64,000 nt of DNA from Nannocystis bainbridge (GTDB lineage Bacteria; Myxococcota_A; Polyangia; Nannocystales; Nannocystaceae): positions 1,056,001-1,120,000 of the forward strand of contig NZ_JAQNDL010000002.1 of the NCBI RefSeq assembly GCF_028368995.1, in the 5' to 3' direction. Shown here one piece after another: positions 55,010-64,000 of this stretch. Numbering within the stretch: position 1 is the first letter of the stretch; every line of letters starts with the position of its first letter. The notes under the pieces were generated by a model. It had not been told where the DNA came from and ran no database searches. It saw only the letters and a list, made by a program, of their open reading frames with translations. The translations under genes and the position numbers were made by a program.

Positions 55010-58000
55010 ATGCGTGACCACAAGCGACAGATCCGGCGCACGGCCCCGGCAGGCCTCTTCGCCGCGATGTTCTTCCTTCCGTCTTGCACCCCCAAGACTC
55101 CGCCGCCCGCGAACGAGACCGACACCACGCGGGAGACCGCGCAGACCCCGAAGCTCGACCTGTGGGCGGGCGTGCCCGCGATCGAGCCCGAGGACAGCGA
55201 CATCGCCGCCGAGTTGACGCCGACCCCGGGGCCGAAGCCGCCGCCGAGCGTGAGCGAGAAGATCGAGCTGCCGTTCCCGCCGCCCGCGCCGCCGAGCAAG
55301 CAGACCCAGGATCTGGCCCAGGAGGGCCCCCTGAAGGTCCTCCGCACCAGCCCGACCGAGAAGGCGCCCGGGCTCGTGGGCTCGGTCAGCGCGGTGTTCA
55401 ACCAGCCGATGGTGCCGCTGGCCTCGATCGACGACCTCAAGCTCGAGCGCTCGCCGCTGACCATCGAGCCGCTGCCGCCGGGCAAGTTCCGCTGGCTCGG
55501 CACGCAGATGATCGCGTTCGAGCCCGAGGGCCGCATGCCGTACTCGACCACGTACACGGCCAAGGTCGTGGCTGGCGAGACCTCGACGATGGGCACCAAG
55601 CTGGTCAAAGAGGTGAAGTGGCAGTTCACCACGCCGTCGCTCGAGATCGAGTCGTTTTCGCCCGGTGAGTACGAGTTCGCCACGCTCGATCCGGTGCTGG
55701 TGCTGCGCTTCAACCAAAAGATCGATCGCGACAAGCTGCTGGCCGCGATGCGCGTGAAGGGCGGGGCCGCGAGCTTCACCCAGGTCGCGCCGGAGCAGTG
55801 GGACACGCTGCCCGAGCCGTACCGCTCGCAGGCCAAGCAGGGCCCGCAGGAGCGCGTGCTCGTGCTGAAGCCGACCACGTCGCTGACCGCCAACACCCTC
55901 TACAACCTCGAGATCCCGCCCGGCGTGTACGGCGAGGGCCCGAACCCGAGCAAGGCGATCAAGCTCAAGCTGCGCACCTACCCGCCGCTGACGCTGAACG
56001 GCCCGCGCTGCTCGTCGGACTACTACTGGGAGTGCAACCCGATGGCCGGGCTCACGGTCAGCGCCTCGAACGAGCTGCTGACCGATCCGGGCGCCGAGAA
56101 GAAGGTCAAGGTCACGCCCGAGGTCCCCGACCTCAAGGTCACCGTGGCCGGCAGCATCCACCTGGCCGGCAAGTTCCGCGGCCTCGGCACCTACACGATC
56201 GAGGTCGAACCTGGCCTGAAGGACATCCACGGACAGGAGCTCAAGGCGCCGTACCGCAAGACGGTCACGCTGCCGGCGCTCGACGCCTCGCTGCAGTGGG
56301 CCGACCGCCCGGTCGATCCCGCCGTGCTCGAGCCGAGCCACTCCGGTCAGCTCGATCTCAAGGCGACCGGCCTGTCCTCGGTCGAGGTCCGCGCGCGCGC
56401 GTTCGAGCCGAGCGAGCTGCGCAAGGTCCTCGTCGACCGTCACGTGCGCTACGACGGCGAGTGGCCGGACTCGCTCAAGACGCCGACGTGGGACAAGCTG
56501 TTCGACGTCAGGGAGTCGCGCGTCGAGGCCGCGACCGTGTCGCTCGACGCCAGGGCGCTCGGCGCCGGCAACGGCAAGTTCGTGCTGCTCGGCGCGCGCT
56601 CGAACGCGATCGGCGACAGCAACTGGCGCTATCGTCAGTCGCTGACGCAGGTGGTGCAGGTCACCCGCCTCGGCGTGACCGCGGCGCTCGACAGCGACAG
56701 CGGCGTCATCCTCGTCACCGACATCGAGACCGGCGAGCCGCTGTCCGGGGTCGAGCTCGGGCTCCACAACATGTCGCTCGACTCGGCGGCGTGGTCGGGC
56801 ACGTCGGGGCCCGACGGCCTCGCCGAGCTGAAGCACGGCACGCAGTACGACCAGCCGTACATCCTCGCGCGCTACCAGGGCGAGGTCGCGTACGTCCCGC
56901 TGCAGCAGACGGCCGACAACTCGTGGGGCTCGTGGATGCACACGAACCGCGAGGACGAGCCGCGGATCTTCTTCTACACCGATCGTCAGCCGTACAAGCC
57001 GGGTGAGACGGTGCACCTGCAAGGGATCGTCCGCGAGGAGACGCGCGGCCCGGCCGGCAAGGTCCAGCTGTGGCGCCCCGACACGCCCGCCAGCTACACG
57101 GTGAACGGGCCGCGCGGCCACGAGGTCGCCAAGGGCGAGCTCAAGATCGGTCAGTTCGGCACCTTCAGCGTCGACATCCCGATCCCGGCCGACGGCGACA
57201 CCGGCAGCTACAGCCTGCAGGTCAACTCGCCCGGGGGCCTGTTCTCGAGCGAGCGCTCGTTCTACCACGCGTTCGAGGTCCAGCAGTTCCGCGCGCCCGA
57301 GTTCGAGGTCAAGGTCGAGCGGCCGGCCGCGGCGCCGCTGCTCTACGGCGACACGCTGCAGGCCGAGATCAAGGCCAGCTACTTCCACGGCGCGCCGATG
57401 GTCGGGGCCGAGGCGACCTACACCTTGCGGCGGCAGGACTCGCCGTACCGCCCGCCGGGCAGCGAGAACGAGTCGTTCACGTTCGGCAAGGGCGGCCAGG
57501 AGTGGTGGTTCGGCGGCGGCGATTTCGGCCACTTCGAGGGCGGCGGCGGCCTTTACCGCGGCAAGGGCTTCCCGGGCTCGTTCGGCAACGACATCCTGGT
57601 GCGCCAGGGCAGCGGGCAGACCGACGCGCGCGGCCTGCTCGCCGTCACTCACTTGCTCGCCGCGGTCGAGACGCCGTGGGGCCAGAAGACGCCGGTGCCG
57701 CCGGCCGGGCCGAAGTCGGAGGAGCCGCCGAGCGCCTCGACGTACACGCTCGAGGCCGCCGTCGTCGACGAGAACCGGCAGTCGATCGCCGGCCGCTCGA
57801 CCTACGTCGTCCACCCCGCGAGCGAGTACGCGGGCGTGCGCGCCGATCGCTCGGTGTATCGCGCCGGTGAGCGCGCGCGGCTCGAGGCGGTCGTCGTCGA
57901 CGTCGAAGGCAAGCGGGTCAGCGGGCGCGATGTCCAGGTCAAGCTGGTGCGCAAGGAGACCTCGCGCGCCGCGGTGCAGGAGAACGGTTCGTGGCAATAC

Positions 58001-61000
58001 AAGTACGAGACGGTCGACGTCGAGGTCGGTAACTGCGCGCTGGTCTCGGCCGAGGCGCCCGTCAATTGCGAGCTCGTGGTCGACAAGGCCGGCAGCTACG
58101 ACATCCGCGCCCTCATCAGCGATCCGAAGGGCAACAAGTCGCTGTCGAAGCACCCGTTCTACGTCTACGGCGAGGACGCGGTGGTGTGGCAGCAGGACCA
58201 GCACCGCGTCGACATGGTGCCCGACAAGCGCACCTACGAGCCCGGCGACAAGGCGACCGTGCTGGTGCGCTCGCCGTTCGACAAGGCGCGCGGCCTGGTG
58301 GTCGTCGCCCGCGAGGGCATCGTCTCGCACTACCCGATCGAGGTGAAGGGCGGGGCGGCGACGATCGAGGTGCCGATCGACGAGGCGCAGATCCCCAACC
58401 TGCGCGCGTCGGTGCTGCTGGTGCGCGGGCGCGTCGAAGTGCCCGGCGCGCCGCCCGGACAGGACCTCGGCCGCCCGGCCTTCGCCGTCGGCCACGTCGA
58501 CCTCAAGGTCGCCGCGACGCGCAAGAAGATCGCGCTCGAGGTCGTGCCGGAGAAGACCGAGGTCGCGCCGAAGGACACGCTGAAGCTCACCCTCAAGGCC
58601 AAGGACTTCGGTGGTGCGCCGCAGAAGGCCGCCGTCGCGGTGATGGTGGTCGACGAGGGCGTGCTGAGCCTGATGGGCTTCCAGACCCCCGACCCGCTGG
58701 CGTTCTTCCACCACGACCGCGACCCGGGCGTCAGCCTCTACGACATGCGCCAGTTCCTGGTCGCCAAGAAGGACGCCGAGCCGCCGGTTCCCGTGCCGGA
58801 GGCGCAGCAGAGCGTCCCGGCCGACGCGCTGGGCGACACCGGCCTCGGCATGCGGGGCACCGGCGCCGGGGGCGGCGGCTACGGCAGCAGCGCCGGCTTC
58901 CTGGGCGGCATGGCCGACAAGGCCGGGGCGCCGCCGCCGGCCATGCCGATGGAGGCGGCCGAGGAGCGCAAGGAGGCCGAGGCCAGCAACGTGATGCAGA
59001 AGAACAAGCGGCAGGCCACGTTCACCACGACGCTCGACACGACCGTGGCGATGAACCAGCCGATCTCGCTGCGCTCGCTGTTCGCGACCACCGCTTACTT
59101 CAACGCCGAGGTCGCGATCGACGCCAGCGGCGAGGCGACGGTCGAGATCCCGATGCCGGAGAACCTGACCAGCTTCCGCGTCATGGCGGTCGCCGTCGAC
59201 CCCGACCAGGCCGACCGCTTCGGCTCGGGCGAGGCCAGCGTCAAGGTGCGCAAGCCGATCATGCTGCGGCCGAGCCTGCCGCGGTTCGCCAACTTCGGCG
59301 ACAAGTTCGAGGCCTCGGTGATGGTCGACAACCAGACCAGCGAGCCGCAGGCGATCCTCGTCGGCACGCGCGGCAGCAACGTCGTCGTCTCGGGCGAGCC
59401 GACCGTCGGCGTCGAGATCCCCGCCGGCGAGTCGCGCGAGGTCCGGTTCCCGATGGCGGTCGATCGCGTCGGCACCATGCGCCTGCAGTTCGCCGCGCTC
59501 TCGAACGGCGGCCGCGACGCGACCGAGCTGGCGCTGCCGGTGCACTACCCGGCGACGCGGCAGGCGTTCGCCGACTACGGCGTGACCGACGGCAGCATCG
59601 CCCGCACGCTCAAGGTCCCCGACGACGCGCTGCCGGCGTTCGGCGGGCTCGAGGTGAGCATGAGCTCGACGGCGCTGACCGGCCTCGAGGACGCGGTCGA
59701 TTTCCTCGTCGGCTACAAGTACGAGTGCACCGAGCAGCTGGCCAGCCGCTTGCTGCCGATCTTCGTGCTCGGCCCGGTGCTCGAGCAGTTCCCGATCGCC
59801 AGCGTCAGCGACCTCGTCAAGCGGCAAGCGCTCGGCGCCGCCGGCGTGGCGCGGATCCAGTCGCGGCAGAACTGGGACGGCGGCTTCCGCTTCTGGGACG
59901 AGGCGGCCCGCAGCTCGCCGTACCTGACCGCGTGGGTGACGTTCGCCTGGCTCGAGGGCAAGGCGGCCGGCTTCAAGGTCGACGACAGCGCGATCGACCG
60001 GGCGATGAACTACCTCGACAACTTCGTGCGCAACGGCGAGGCCACCCCGTGGGGTCGCTTCTACGATCACACCAGCCGGGCCTTCGCGCTGTGGCTGATG
60101 AGCCGCGACGGGCGCGGCAGCGACCTGTTCGAGCGCGTGTACGCCAAGCGCAAGGAGATGCCGCTCTACGCCCACGCGCTGCTGCTGTCGACCGCGCACC
60201 GCTACGGCATGACCGGCTCGCGCGACGCGCTGCTGCAGGAGTTCCGCTCCAAGGTGGTCGAGAACGCCAAGACGGCGCACTTCGCCGAGAGCAAGCGCGA
60301 GGGCGACGACAGCTACGGCCTGCAGGTGCTCATGCACTCGAACGTGCAGACCGACGCGATCGCGCTGATGGCCCTGCTCGAGGTGGCCGAGGCCGACCCG
60401 CTGCTGCCGAAGGTCATGGCGGGGATCCTCGACGACCGCGACCCGAAGAAGGGCGGGCAGTGGGGCACCACCCACGCCAACGCCTGGGCGCTGCTGGCGG
60501 CCAGCCGCTACTTCACCACCATCGAGAAGGACGTGCCCGACTACGTCGCGCGCGTCTGGCTCGACAGCGCGTTCGCCGGCGAGCGCGCCTTCAAGGGCCG
60601 CAGCATGGCGGTGGTCGAGCAGCAGATCCCGATGAGCAAGCTGATCGAGCAGAAGCCGCGCGAGCTGCTGCTGAGCAAGGACGGACCGGGCCTCCTCTAC
60701 TACCGGCTCGGGCTGCGCTACGCGCCCGCCGACCTGGCCATGAAGGCCGAGTCGCAGGGCTTCACCGTGCACCGCAGCTACGAGCCGCTGGCGCAGGGCG
60801 GCGACAAGCCGGACCCCGAGTCGGTCAAGAAGCTCGAGGACGGCACCTGGCAGATCAAGGCCGGCGCGCTGGTGCGCGTCAACCTCACGCTCGTCGCCAA
60901 GGACCGGGCCAACTACGTCGTCGTCGACGACCCGCTGCCGGCCGGCTTCGAGGGCCAGAACGCCAAGTTCTCGACCACCCTGCGCGACGTGCAGGGCGGC

Positions 61001-61279
61001 GTCGAGAGCCAGTCGGTCGACAGCAACGTGCCGTTCTTCGGCGAGCTCGGCGGTTGGTGGTGGTGGCGCCCGTGGTGGCGCTTCAGCCACACCGAGATGC
61101 GCGACGATCGCATGCTGCTGTTCGCCGACCACCTGCCGGCGGGCGTCTACACGTACAGCTACACCGCCCGCGCGACCTCGATCGGCGACTTCAGCCTGCC
61201 GCCCGTGCGCGCCGAGGCGATGTACATGCCCGAGGTGTTCGGCCACGGCGCCTCGACCAAGGTGCGCGTGGTCGAGTGA
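55010..61279 (+). CDS. Bacterial alpha-2-macroglobulin-family lipoprotein
   Basis: Lipobox LPSC; YTDRQPYKPGE (MG2), PDKRTYEPGD, VVDEGVLSL, MPENLTSFR, LRPSLPRF, thioester CTEQ, DPLPAGFE, AEAMYMPE. Confidence 0.95.
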   Translation: MRDHKRQIRRTAPAGLFAAMFFLPSCTPKTPPPANETDTTRETAQTPKLDLWAGVPAIEPEDSDIAAELTPTPGPKPPPSVSEKIELPFPPPAPPSKQTQDLAQEGPLKVLRTSPTEKAPGLVGSVSAVFNQPMVPLASIDDLKLERSPLTIEPLPPGKFRWLGTQMIAFEPEGRMPYSTTYTAKVVAGETSTMGTKLVKEVKWQFTTPSLEIESFSPGEYEFATLDPVLVLRFNQKIDRDKLLAAMRVKGGAASFTQVAPEQWDTLPEPYRSQAKQGPQERVLVLKPTTSLTANTLYNLEIPPGVYGEGPNPSKAIKLKLRTYPPLTLNGPRCSSDYYWECNPMAGLTVSASNELLTDPGAEKKVKVTPEVPDLKVTVAGSIHLAGKFRGLGTYTIEVEPGLKDIHGQELKAPYRKTVTLPALDASLQWADRPVDPAVLEPSHSGQLDLKATGLSSVEVRARAFEPSELRKVLVDRHVRYDGEWPDSLKTPTWDKLFDVRESRVEAATVSLDARALGAGNGKFVLLGARSNAIGDSNWRYRQSLTQVVQVTRLGVTAALDSDSGVILVTDIETGEPLSGVELGLHNMSLDSAAWSGTSGPDGLAELKHGTQYDQPYILARYQGEVAYVPLQQTADNSWGSWMHTNREDEPRIFFYTDRQPYKPGETVHLQGIVREETRGPAGKVQLWRPDTPASYTVNGPRGHEVAKGELKIGQFGTFSVDIPIPADGDTGSYSLQVNSPGGLFSSERSFYHAFEVQQFRAPEFEVKVERPAAAPLLYGDTLQAEIKASYFHGAPMVGAEATYTLRRQDSPYRPPGSENESFTFGKGGQEWWFGGGDFGHFEGGGGLYRGKGFPGSFGNDILVRQGSGQTDARGLLAVTHLLAAVETPWGQKTPVPPAGPKSEEPPSASTYTLEAAVVDENRQSIAGRSTYVVHPASEYAGVRADRSVYRAGERARLEAVVVDVEGKRVSGRDVQVKLVRKETSRAAVQENGSWQYKYETVDVEVGNCALVSAEAPVNCELVVDKAGSYDIRALISDPKGNKSLSKHPFYVYGEDAVVWQQDQHRVDMVPDKRTYEPGDKATVLVRSPFDKARGLVVVAREGIVSHYPIEVKGGAATIEVPIDEAQIPNLRASVLLVRGRVEVPGAPPGQDLGRPAFAVGHVDLKVAATRKKIALEVVPEKTEVAPKDTLKLTLKAKDFGGAPQKAAVAVMVVDEGVLSLMGFQTPDPLAFFHHDRDPGVSLYDMRQFLVAKKDAEPPVPVPEAQQSVPADALGDTGLGMRGTGAGGGGYGSSAGFLGGMADKAGAPPPAMPMEAAEERKEAEASNVMQKNKRQATFTTTLDTTVAMNQPISLRSLFATTAYFNAEVAIDASGEATVEIPMPENLTSFRVMAVAVDPDQADRFGSGEASVKVRKPIMLRPSLPRFANFGDKFEASVMVDNQTSEPQAILVGTRGSNVVVSGEPTVGVEIPAGESREVRFPMAVDRVGTMRLQFAALSNGGRDATELALPVHYPATRQAFADYGVTDGSIARTLKVPDDALPAFGGLEVSMSSTALTGLEDAVDFLVGYKYECTEQLASRLLPIFVLGPVLEQFPIASVSDLVKRQALGAAGVARIQSRQNWDGGFRFWDEAARSSPYLTAWVTFAWLEGKAAGFKVDDSAIDRAMNYLDNFVRNGEATPWGRFYDHTSRAFALWLMSRDGRGSDLFERVYAKRKEMPLYAHALLLSTAHRYGMTGSRDALLQEFRSKVVENAKTAHFAESKREGDDSYGLQVLMHSNVQTDAIALMALLEVAEADPLLPKVMAGILDDRDPKKGGQWGTTHANAWALLAASRYFTTIEKDVPDYVARVWLDSAFAGERAFKGRSMAVVEQQIPMSKLIEQKPRELLLSKDGPGLLYYRLGLRYAPADLAMKAESQGFTVHRSYEPLAQGGDKPDPESVKKLEDGTWQIKAGALVRVNLTLVAKDRANYVVVDDPLPAGFEGQNAKFSTTLRDVQGGVESQSVDSNVPFFGELGGWWWWRPWWRFSHTEMRDDRMLLFADHLPAGVYTYSYTARATSIGDFSLPPVRAEAMYMPEVFGHGASTKVRVVE

Positions 61280-61365
61280 CCGCACGCCGCGGCGGCCCCG
61301 TCGGCGATGTGTTTCGCCGGCGGGGCTGGTCGCGGCCGCCACCTCGTGTAACCATGGGGAGGACG

Positions 61366-62217
61366 ATGACCGCGCCGCGCTCGCTCGTCCTCCTCCTCGC
61401 GCTCGCCGCTTGCGGCGCGCACGGCCGCGGCAAGCAGGCCGCCGCGCCGGGCGCCCGTTCGTCGTCGGCGGACAAGCTGTTCGACGACACCAGCGTCGAG
61501 AGCCGCACCGGCGGCGGCAGCGGCAGCGCCCAGGCCCCGATCCCGCGCTGCGGCCCGCGCGACTCCTATCAATACGTCGCCCGCGATTTCCGCTGCCCCG
61601 GCGGCGGCAACCCGTTCGACGGCGACGCGGCCGCGGCCGCCGACGCGCGCGCCGGCAGCCTCGGGCCCGACGACCGCGGGCACATGGTCGACGTGTACGA
61701 AGTGCCATGTCCCAAAGGCAAGGTCGAGGTCTTCGTCGACATGTACGGCTGCCCCGAGATGGAGGCCCAGCTGGCGCGCGACCGCAACCTCGCCGATCCG
61801 CTCGAGCTCGACGTCCACTTCGCCGCCGGTCGCTACGACGAGGTCCGGACCCGCTGCATCGCCCTGGCCGACGCGGCCCAGAAGCGCGGCAGCAGCGACG
61901 AGGCCTCCTCGCTCAGCATCTACCACTGCGGGATCTTCACCCCCGCGCTGCTCGTGCGCGCCGGCCTCTCCGATCAGGCAGTGTCCGCCGCCGGTCAGAC
62001 CTGCCAGTCGTACCCGCCGGTGTCGCCGCGCAGCAGCGTGCGCGTCGAGGTCCTGGTCGGCATCGTCGACGCCATCGCCCGCATGTGGGCCGGCGACAAG
62101 GTCCCGGCGCGCGAGGGCGGCGACCGCCTGGGGGCCCTCCTGCCGCAGCTGCTGCGCGCCTGCGACGTCGAGGCCGACACCTTCATGCGCGCCTTCGAGG
62201 CCGCCGGCGGCGAGTGA
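61366..62217 (+). CDS. Lipoprotein of unknown function
   Basis: LLLALAAC lipobox; GGAGG RBS; Cys-containing domain ...GHMVDVYEVPC...FVDMYGC. Confidence 0.78.
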   Translation: MTAPRSLVLLLALAACGAHGRGKQAAAPGARSSSADKLFDDTSVESRTGGGSGSAQAPIPRCGPRDSYQYVARDFRCPGGGNPFDGDAAAAADARAGSLGPDDRGHMVDVYEVPCPKGKVEVFVDMYGCPEMEAQLARDRNLADPLELDVHFAAGRYDEVRTRCIALADAAQKRGSSDEASSLSIYHCGIFTPALLVRAGLSDQAVSAAGQTCQSYPPVSPRSSVRVEVLVGIVDAIARMWAGDKVPAREGGDRLGALLPQLLRACDVEADTFMRAFEAAGGE

Positions 62218-62235
62218 CCGGCGCTCGCGGGCCGC

Positions 62236-63510
62236 TCACTTGCGCGGGCGCTCGCTCGCCGCGTCGGGCACCCACTCGAGTGTCTCTTGGGACATGTCGA
62301 TGAGGGCATGTCCGAAAGTTCCTTCGAGCTCGGCCCGCAGCGCGCGCGCCAGCGCCTCGTAGTGGGCGACCTCGTTGTAGAGCTGGGCCGAGATCCGGAT
62401 CAGCCGCTGCGGCGGGGCCGGCCACCACGGCACCGGCACCTCGATGCGGTGGCGCGACAGCAGCGCGTCCTGCAGCGGGTCCGACGTCAGCGGCGTCACC
62501 ACCTGGCCATCGGGACCTGGCGGAAGGGACAGGCTCGCCAGGCTGCCCAGCATCGCCTCCGGGGCCGGCAGCGCCGCGCCGATCGCCTTGGCCACGAGCT
62601 TGCGGCCGGCGCACGCCAGCGCGTGGTTGCGCGCCTGCACCTCGGGCCAGCCGCCGGGCAGCATCTCGCCCATCTCGCGCAGGGCCGCGGGCACGCACAG
62701 CCACGGCGACGGGTCGGCGGTGCCGGTCCAGTCGAACTCGGCCTGCAGCCGCGAGCCCGCGCGCGGGTCGTTGAACCCGTGGCTGATCACGGCCGGGTGG
62801 ATCGGCTCCTGACGGTCGCGGCGGACGTGCAGGATCGCCGCGCCCTTGGGCGCGCACACCCACTTGTGGAGGTTGCCGGTGTAGTAGGCCGCGCCGATCG
62901 CGTCGAGGTCGAGCGGGACCATCCCGGGCGCGTGGGCGCCGTCGACCAGGCAGTCGACGCCGCGCTCCTGCAGCGCCGCGACGATGCCGGCGATCGGCAG
63001 CAGCAGCCCGGTCGGGCTGGTCACGTGGTCGACCAGCGCCAGCCGGGTGCGCGGCGTGACCGCGGCGAGGACCGCCGCGATCGCCTCGTCGGGCCCGCTG
63101 ATGGGGAAGGGCAGGGCGGCGGTGACCACCTTCGCACCTGTCCGATGGGCCACGTAGCGGGCGGCGTTGTTGCAGGCGTTGTAGCCGTGCGAGGTGATCA
63201 GCAGCTCGTCGCCGGGGCTGAACTCGAGCGAGCGCAGGATCGCGTTGACGCCCTCGCTGGCGTTGCGCACGAACACCAGGTCGCGCGGATCGGCGCCGAC
63301 GAACGCGGCCGCCGCCTCGCGCGCGGCCGCGAGCGGGGCCTGCAGATCGCGGAGGAAGAAGCGCACGGGCTGCCGCTCCATGCGCCGCCGCAGCTCGTCC
63401 TGGACCGCGAGCACCGCCCGGGGGCACGCGCCGAAGCTGCCGTGGTTGAGGAACACGACCTCCGGATCGAGGGTCCAGCGGCTCCGGAGCTCGGCGGCGA
63501 CGGGCGACAT
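62236..63510 (-). CDS. Class V PLP-dependent aminotransferase (isopenicillin N epimerase/cysteine lyase-like)
   Basis: FLNHGSFGACP, DHVTSPTG, DGAHAPG, GNLHKWVCAPKG, FDWTGT, RISAQLYN. Confidence 0.92.
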   Translation of the reverse strand: MSPVAAELRSRWTLDPEVVFLNHGSFGACPRAVLAVQDELRRRMERQPVRFFLRDLQAPLAAAREAAAAFVGADPRDLVFVRNASEGVNAILRSLEFSPGDELLITSHGYNACNNAARYVAHRTGAKVVTAALPFPISGPDEAIAAVLAAVTPRTRLALVDHVTSPTGLLLPIAGIVAALQERGVDCLVDGAHAPGMVPLDLDAIGAAYYTGNLHKWVCAPKGAAILHVRRDRQEPIHPAVISHGFNDPRAGSRLQAEFDWTGTADPSPWLCVPAALREMGEMLPGGWPEVQARNHALACAGRKLVAKAIGAALPAPEAMLGSLASLSLPPGPDGQVVTPLTSDPLQDALLSRHRIEVPVPWWPAPPQRLIRISAQLYNEVAHYEALARALRAELEGTFGHALIDMSQETLEWVPDAASERPRK

Positions 63511-63560
63511 CCCCGATCCTTACCACGCCCGTCGCGGCGCATCCTCATTATACTGGCCGG

Positions 63561-64000
63561 GTGCTGCGTCGCGTCGTCGAGCCGATCTTCGGGGTCGCGT
63601 TACGGATCTTCTTCCGCCGGATCGAGCTCGACGGCCTGTCGCGCGTGCCCGCCGACGGGCCGGTGATGTTCGTGCTCAACCACCCCAACGCGCTGATCGA
63701 TCCGGCCTTCTTGCTGTGCCTGTCGCCGCGCCCGGTGGCGTTCCTGGCCAAGGCCCCGCTGTTCAAGACACCTGTCCTCGGGGCCATCGTGCGCGCGTTC
63801 GACTCGATCCCGGTGTACCGCCGGCAGGACGAGGGCGGCGCGCGCGTCGACAACGGCGACACCTTCCGTCTCGCGCGCGAGCTGCTGTTGCGCGGCCGCG
63901 CCATCGCCATCTTCCCCGAGGGCACCTCGCACTCGGATCCCGACCTCAAGCCGCTCAAGACCGGCGCCGCGCGCATCGCTCTCGGGACCGGCCTCGAGGA
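63561..64000 (+). CDS. PlsC-like glycerol-phosphate acyltransferase, runs off the right edge of the window
   Basis: Manual translation: ...GPVMFVLNHPNALIDP...FLAKAPLF...IPVYRRQD...IAIFPEGTSH...LKTGAARIAL. Confidence 0.88.
   Translation, partial: MLRRVVEPIFGVALRIFFRRIELDGLSRVPADGPVMFVLNHPNALIDPAFLLCLSPRPVAFLAKAPLFKTPVLGAIVRAFDSIPVYRRQDEGGARVDNGDTFRLARELLLRGRAIAIFPEGTSHSDPDLKPLKTGAARIALGTGLE

Noticed and set aside
54893-61708. 2271-aa minus-strand ORF (likewise 13012..16440, most of 8277..11915, 36804..40109 and 58066..62217)
   Set aside because: These are shadow ORFs of real genes in high-GC DNA; only the short terminal parts noted as features look coding.

Overview
Very GC-rich bacterial chromosomal DNA with a myxobacterial gene repertoire (probably Nannocystaceae-like; inferred from Ser/Thr kinases with PEGA/TPR domains, Thr/Ser/Gly-linker lipoproteins, Myxococcus cysteine-rich repeats and a TIGR04563-like small protein). 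Recognisable genes: guaB-guaA-ruvB, pgk-tpiA-secG-dapF, an mlaE-F-D operon, dksA-like, lgt-like, icmF, an alpha-2-macroglobulin, an S9 peptidase and tRNA-Val(CAC). I found no CRISPR array, prophage or transposase. The most striking unexplained signal is a dispersed DNA motif. It is the 10-bp palindrome GGACATGTCC (variants GGACAGGTCC, GGGCATGTCC) repeated with a strict 14-bp period, which can equally be read as abutting TGTCC-N4-GGACA units. It occurs in roughly 30 clusters, read by eye: in intergenic gaps, inside coding sequences in all three frames, as a pure tandem array, and as the building block of a huge Gly/Pro linker in an ECF-sigma/anti-sigma-like fusion protein. This points to a genome-wide, DNA-level binding-site or repeat system. 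All assignments come from motif recognition only; no database searches were run.
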